From the NCBI GenBank assembly GCA_032718475.1, contig JAUCBJ010001978.1, positions 48,142 through 112,141 on the forward strand: a stretch of 64,000 nucleotides of DNA. The letters are read 5' to 3'. Made by a program: the position numbers and the translations under genes. Under the pieces are notes generated by a model. That model did not search any database. It was given only the letters and a program-made list of their open reading frames with translations, and had not been told where the DNA came from. Positions 60,901 to 64,000 of this stretch are shown here, one piece after another. Each line of letters begins with the position of its first letter. The first letter of the stretch is position 1. The stretch is from Nemertoderma westbladi (Eukaryota; Animalia; Xenacoelomorpha).

Positions 60901-63900
60901 ATGGACGATGAAGGAGAATTTGTTAAACTTCTGTACCCTTCCCTGTGTACCGGGTACGAACTGCTCAGTAGTGGGGCCGCATACATATGCGGTGGGGTGG
61001 ACATTCAGGAACACCCCGTTATAATATTCCCGTCCTCCCACCACGGCGTGCTGACCGAGATACCGGTAAACAACCTCGCCTTACTCATCGGCTACCTGGC
61101 CTACATGTGGGGACCCAGTTACAACGCCGGGTTGTGTCTACTTATAGACCAATGCGTTTATGACGAGGCCGCATTAGAACACTTGTTACCGGCTATCCAA
61201 GTCGCTTTAACTAACTTTAAACTTAATTTCTACACGGCTTTAATTCTTCAACCCGTTTGTAAGAAACTCAGAAAGTTATTATCGAAACAACTCAGTAAAA
61301 AAACACAAAAGAAGTCGAAAACCCCGAATTACGCCTTACCGTTTCCTGTTGAACTTATTAACGATTTCAGCCATCTGCAATCATTTGTTCCTTCATGGAA
61401 TCTTCCCGTTAAATACGGAGGTAAACTTAAATATTCCCCGGATAATTTCATTAAATGGCGAAGTAAGATCCACCCTATTGACTTGAAGTATTCCGAGATA
61501 GCCCATTTACTGCCTCATTACTTATACCAGATTGACAAACTTAAAGAAGATATTAGCGGCTTAACGGCGGCCGAGGCGAAAATTAAACTTCCTCAGTTGG
61601 AAACTCGTTATCGAGAGATAATGAAAAAAATTAATTTTCCTAATATTATCGATAAATTGAACGTAAATATAATTGAATTGGAGCAAATTGATTCAGTTGA
61701 TACGAATTATTTATCGGGGACTGTGTTCCATTCAGTTACTATTGATATACTAAGGGCGAGGCGGGATAAACTGGAGGGTTTACAGGGGGTGGCCTGGGTT
61801 GTTTGGCGGGAGATTCAAACTGGGGTGGGACGCGCGGACCAGCTACAACGGCATGTGGAGGCGGGGGACAAGCTGAGAGCCTGGATTCGAGACCAGGGGT
61901 TCTTCTACCTGAGTCATCGGTGTCCGGAGGCAACCACCCCGGAGGAAGCCGCGTCCAACAGGGAGGCTTTCCGAGAGGGCTTCCTAGGGACCGCGCGTGA
62001 CGTCATCGAGTTGGCGGAGACGTGGGAGCGGGAGGATTCGGGGTTGACGCGGGGGGAAGGAGAGGGGAGCGAATTGGGGGAATTAACCGCCAAGTTTCGA
62101 GTCGAAGTCGAAACAGCCGAGAAAAAGTTTGACTTGATTTGCGATTTTTTTGATTGTTTGTTGAAAGCAAAGAGCTGGTATTATAAAGTGATGGAGATGG
62201 TGGGGGAAATGGGTGGTTTGAGGTGGGAAGGGGGCGGGTTGAGGGGGGAAGGGGGCGGGTTGAGGGGGGAAGGTAGCGGGTTGAGGGGTGAAGGGGGCGG
62301 GTTGAGGGGTGAAGGGGGCGGGTTGAGGTGGGAAGTGGGGCTCCCGGATCCCCCCACTGACGCTCAACTCGACACCATCACCGAGTCCGGTATAGTAGTC
62401 TCCAACTCTTCTCGACGTATAGCGAGTCGCGTGTTGGCGAGCCGCTGCACGCTGCTCAAACAGATGCTCCTAGGGGGCGAGCCATACGACGAGGAGTTGG
62501 CGGAATCGGTAACGCGTTGGCACGAGTTCGCCGCCGCTGGGTGGGACCTAGCTATCGAATCGACGACCCCGTCGCTCCCGTCCCACAAACAACTCCGTCG
62601 CTCCGATTCCCTACACACGACCTCGGCGCGATCCGATCTCACCGAGATCACCTCGATGTCCTCGGAATCCGAGATTCTGGAACCGTCCCCGCGTCCTGAA
62701 GCGGCCCGTAAACCCCCGGAGGGTCCCCGTAATGTTCCGGAACGCGACGATTTAGCCGAAATACTGGAAACAGCGGAGAAACTTCTGATCGAGTTGAACA
62801 CCGGACCGCTGATCTACAGAAACAAAAAACGTAAGAAAACAAGAAATTCAAACAACTTTTACCCCAAAAGTCGCGATAAAACCGATAATTTCGATGTTAC
62901 TAACTCTATGGTAACAGGAGCTGTGCATAAACTCTTTGGTAGTGTGGGTACTAGTAGGGGGGACACTCTAGGGGCCGCTAGTGGGTTCGGGACTCCGTCT
63001 AGACACCCAACTAGTTGGTCTCCATCTTCGGAAACTTTTAGTTCCTCACTCAGTGGTCCCAACAACGTTCTGCCTTCCGTCCCTCCGTTTGTCGTTCCGT
63101 CGTCCATTAAGAAAGGCTCAGACTTAAAGTCGGTAGACTCGGGTTGCCACATGTCGAGCGAGTCGTTACCTTGGTTGTTGGAGCAGGAGGTTCCGGATTA
63201 CCGGGCCGGTGGGGGTGGGTCTACCCGGTGGGTGGCACCCGACGGGTGTAGTACTAGTCGGGTTGAGACCCGCCGACCGGTCGCCGGGAGGTTTCTACTC
63301 CGCAGCCAGGATCGCGAGTTCCTAGACTCGTACCTGCGAGTTGGTAGTGGTCCGCATTCCGACAGTGTCGGACAAACAATCCGACGGTCTAACGACATGA
63401 TTACAGACAGAGGACAGACAAACAGACATCATCCCGTACAGACAACTCGATACACAACCAACACAGAGACCCCTAAACAGACCGACTTATCGTTGTCTGG
63501 ATTACAGCCAGTAGACCCGCCTAGAACTACTACAGACCTCCCAGACTACGACCCCATTGAACGCACAGAGGATTATGTTAACAGCATCGCAGGTTGGCCT
63601 AGTAACTCCCAATCAACTTCTAGGGAAGATTCGAACAAGTCGAAAGCCTTGGAGGAACGGGTTTTATCGAAACTCTTTAGCGGCGAGTTAAATGATGTTA
63701 CTGAAGATTCTGAGTTTACTAACAGACCTACTGTAGTAGAACAATATAGTGTAAACGATATATTAACTTACAGACCAACAGACAGAGCTATGAGTAATGA
63801 CTATGTCCCTGATAATCCAGACAGACGAGGGGTCAATGAGTCATCCCCTAGTAGTGCAGACCGACGAGGTTTTATTGACCGTTACCATGCCTCCCCCCAT

Positions 63901-64000
63901 TCCATGTCCGTAGATGTCGCGGAACCGAGTAGGAGGTTGCTAGGAGACGGTGACCGCAGAGGTTCCTTGCCTACCGCGAAGACTCCGGCCGAGGTCAGTG
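60901..64000 (+). CDS. Large ORF (>1,030 codons, open at the window end): SEC14/CRAL-TRIO domain, spectrin-like helical region, then a Ser/Pro/Thr-rich region; Dbl/Trio/puratrophin/SESTD1-type protein
   Basis: Hand translation from ataATGG (in-frame stop upstream at 60871) found no stop to 64000: MDDEGEFVKLLYPSLCTGYELLSSGAAYICGGVDIQEHPVIIFP...LQSFVPSWNLPVKYGGKLKYSPDNFIKWR. This resembles the SEC14 termini of Trio/Dbl-family GEFs. Confidence 0.8.
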   Translation, partial: MDDEGEFVKLLYPSLCTGYELLSSGAAYICGGVDIQEHPVIIFPSSHHGVLTEIPVNNLALLIGYLAYMWGPSYNAGLCLLIDQCVYDEAALEHLLPAIQVALTNFKLNFYTALILQPVCKKLRKLLSKQLSKKTQKKSKTPNYALPFPVELINDFSHLQSFVPSWNLPVKYGGKLKYSPDNFIKWRSKIHPIDLKYSEIAHLLPHYLYQIDKLKEDISGLTAAEAKIKLPQLETRYREIMKKINFPNIIDKLNVNIIELEQIDSVDTNYLSGTVFHSVTIDILRARRDKLEGLQGVAWVVWREIQTGVGRADQLQRHVEAGDKLRAWIRDQGFFYLSHRCPEATTPEEAASNREAFREGFLGTARDVIELAETWEREDSGLTRGEGEGSELGELTAKFRVEVETAEKKFDLICDFFDCLLKAKSWYYKVMEMVGEMGGLRWEGGGLRGEGGGLRGEGSGLRGEGGGLRGEGGGLRWEVGLPDPPTDAQLDTITESGIVVSNSSRRIASRVLASRCTLLKQMLLGGEPYDEELAESVTRWHEFAAAGWDLAIESTTPSLPSHKQLRRSDSLHTTSARSDLTEITSMSSESEILEPSPRPEAARKPPEGPRNVPERDDLAEILETAEKLLIELNTGPLIYRNKKRKKTRNSNNFYPKSRDKTDNFDVTNSMVTGAVHKLFGSVGTSRGDTLGAASGFGTPSRHPTSWSPSSETFSSSLSGPNNVLPSVPPFVVPSSIKKGSDLKSVDSGCHMSSESLPWLLEQEVPDYRAGGGGSTRWVAPDGCSTSRVETRRPVAGRFLLRSQDREFLDSYLRVGSGPHSDSVGQTIRRSNDMITDRGQTNRHHPVQTTRYTTNTETPKQTDLSLSGLQPVDPPRTTTDLPDYDPIERTEDYVNSIAGWPSNSQSTSREDSNKSKALEERVLSKLFSGELNDVTEDSEFTNRPTVVEQYSVNDILTYRPTDRAMSNDYVPDNPDRRGVNESSPSSADRRGFIDRYHASPHSMSVDVAEPSRRLLGDGDRRGSLPTAKTPAEVS
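62213..62336 (+). repeat. In-frame 21-bp coding minisatellite, (GGLRGEG)n, about 6 copies
   Basis: ggcgggttgagggg(g/t)gaaggg repeats preserve the frame within the 60901 ORF. Confidence 0.85.

Noticed and set aside
61739-63398. Short ORFs listed in the track on both strands
   Set aside because: Shadows of the long frame-1 ORF starting at 60901.

Overview
This is AT-rich, intron-containing animal (probably invertebrate) genomic DNA, not a prokaryotic locus. It holds three host genes. (1) A minus-strand ANKRD42 ortholog, reconstructed by hand as 10 phase-compatible coding exons (38457 to 17819, about 464 codons), starting in an 11-nt ATG microexon. (2) A head-to-head LEPROT/LEPROTL1 (Vps55-family) gene with an intronless CDS at 43499-43915. 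(3) A >1,000-codon SEC14/CRAL-TRIO plus spectrin-like ORF starting at 60901 and running off the window, absent from the ORF track. The most striking signal is that ANKRD42's introns are inflated by tandem arrays built from its own splice junctions. A ~16-kb array (about 500 units) repeats the last ~24 exonic nt plus the GTTAGT donor, and a ~6.6-kb array (about 180 units) repeats another exon end plus the GTAACA donor. There are also 2-3-copy nascent donor duplications, and arrays with AG-free consensus units that abut two acceptors. The rest is transposon-rich: RTE-like and CR1/L2-like LINEs, a HINE/DINE-like element with 315-bp internal repeats, hAT, piggyBac and EnSpm-type MITEs, and a nested 5.6-kb TIR element. 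All calls come from reading the sequence and from remembered family motifs; no searches were run.
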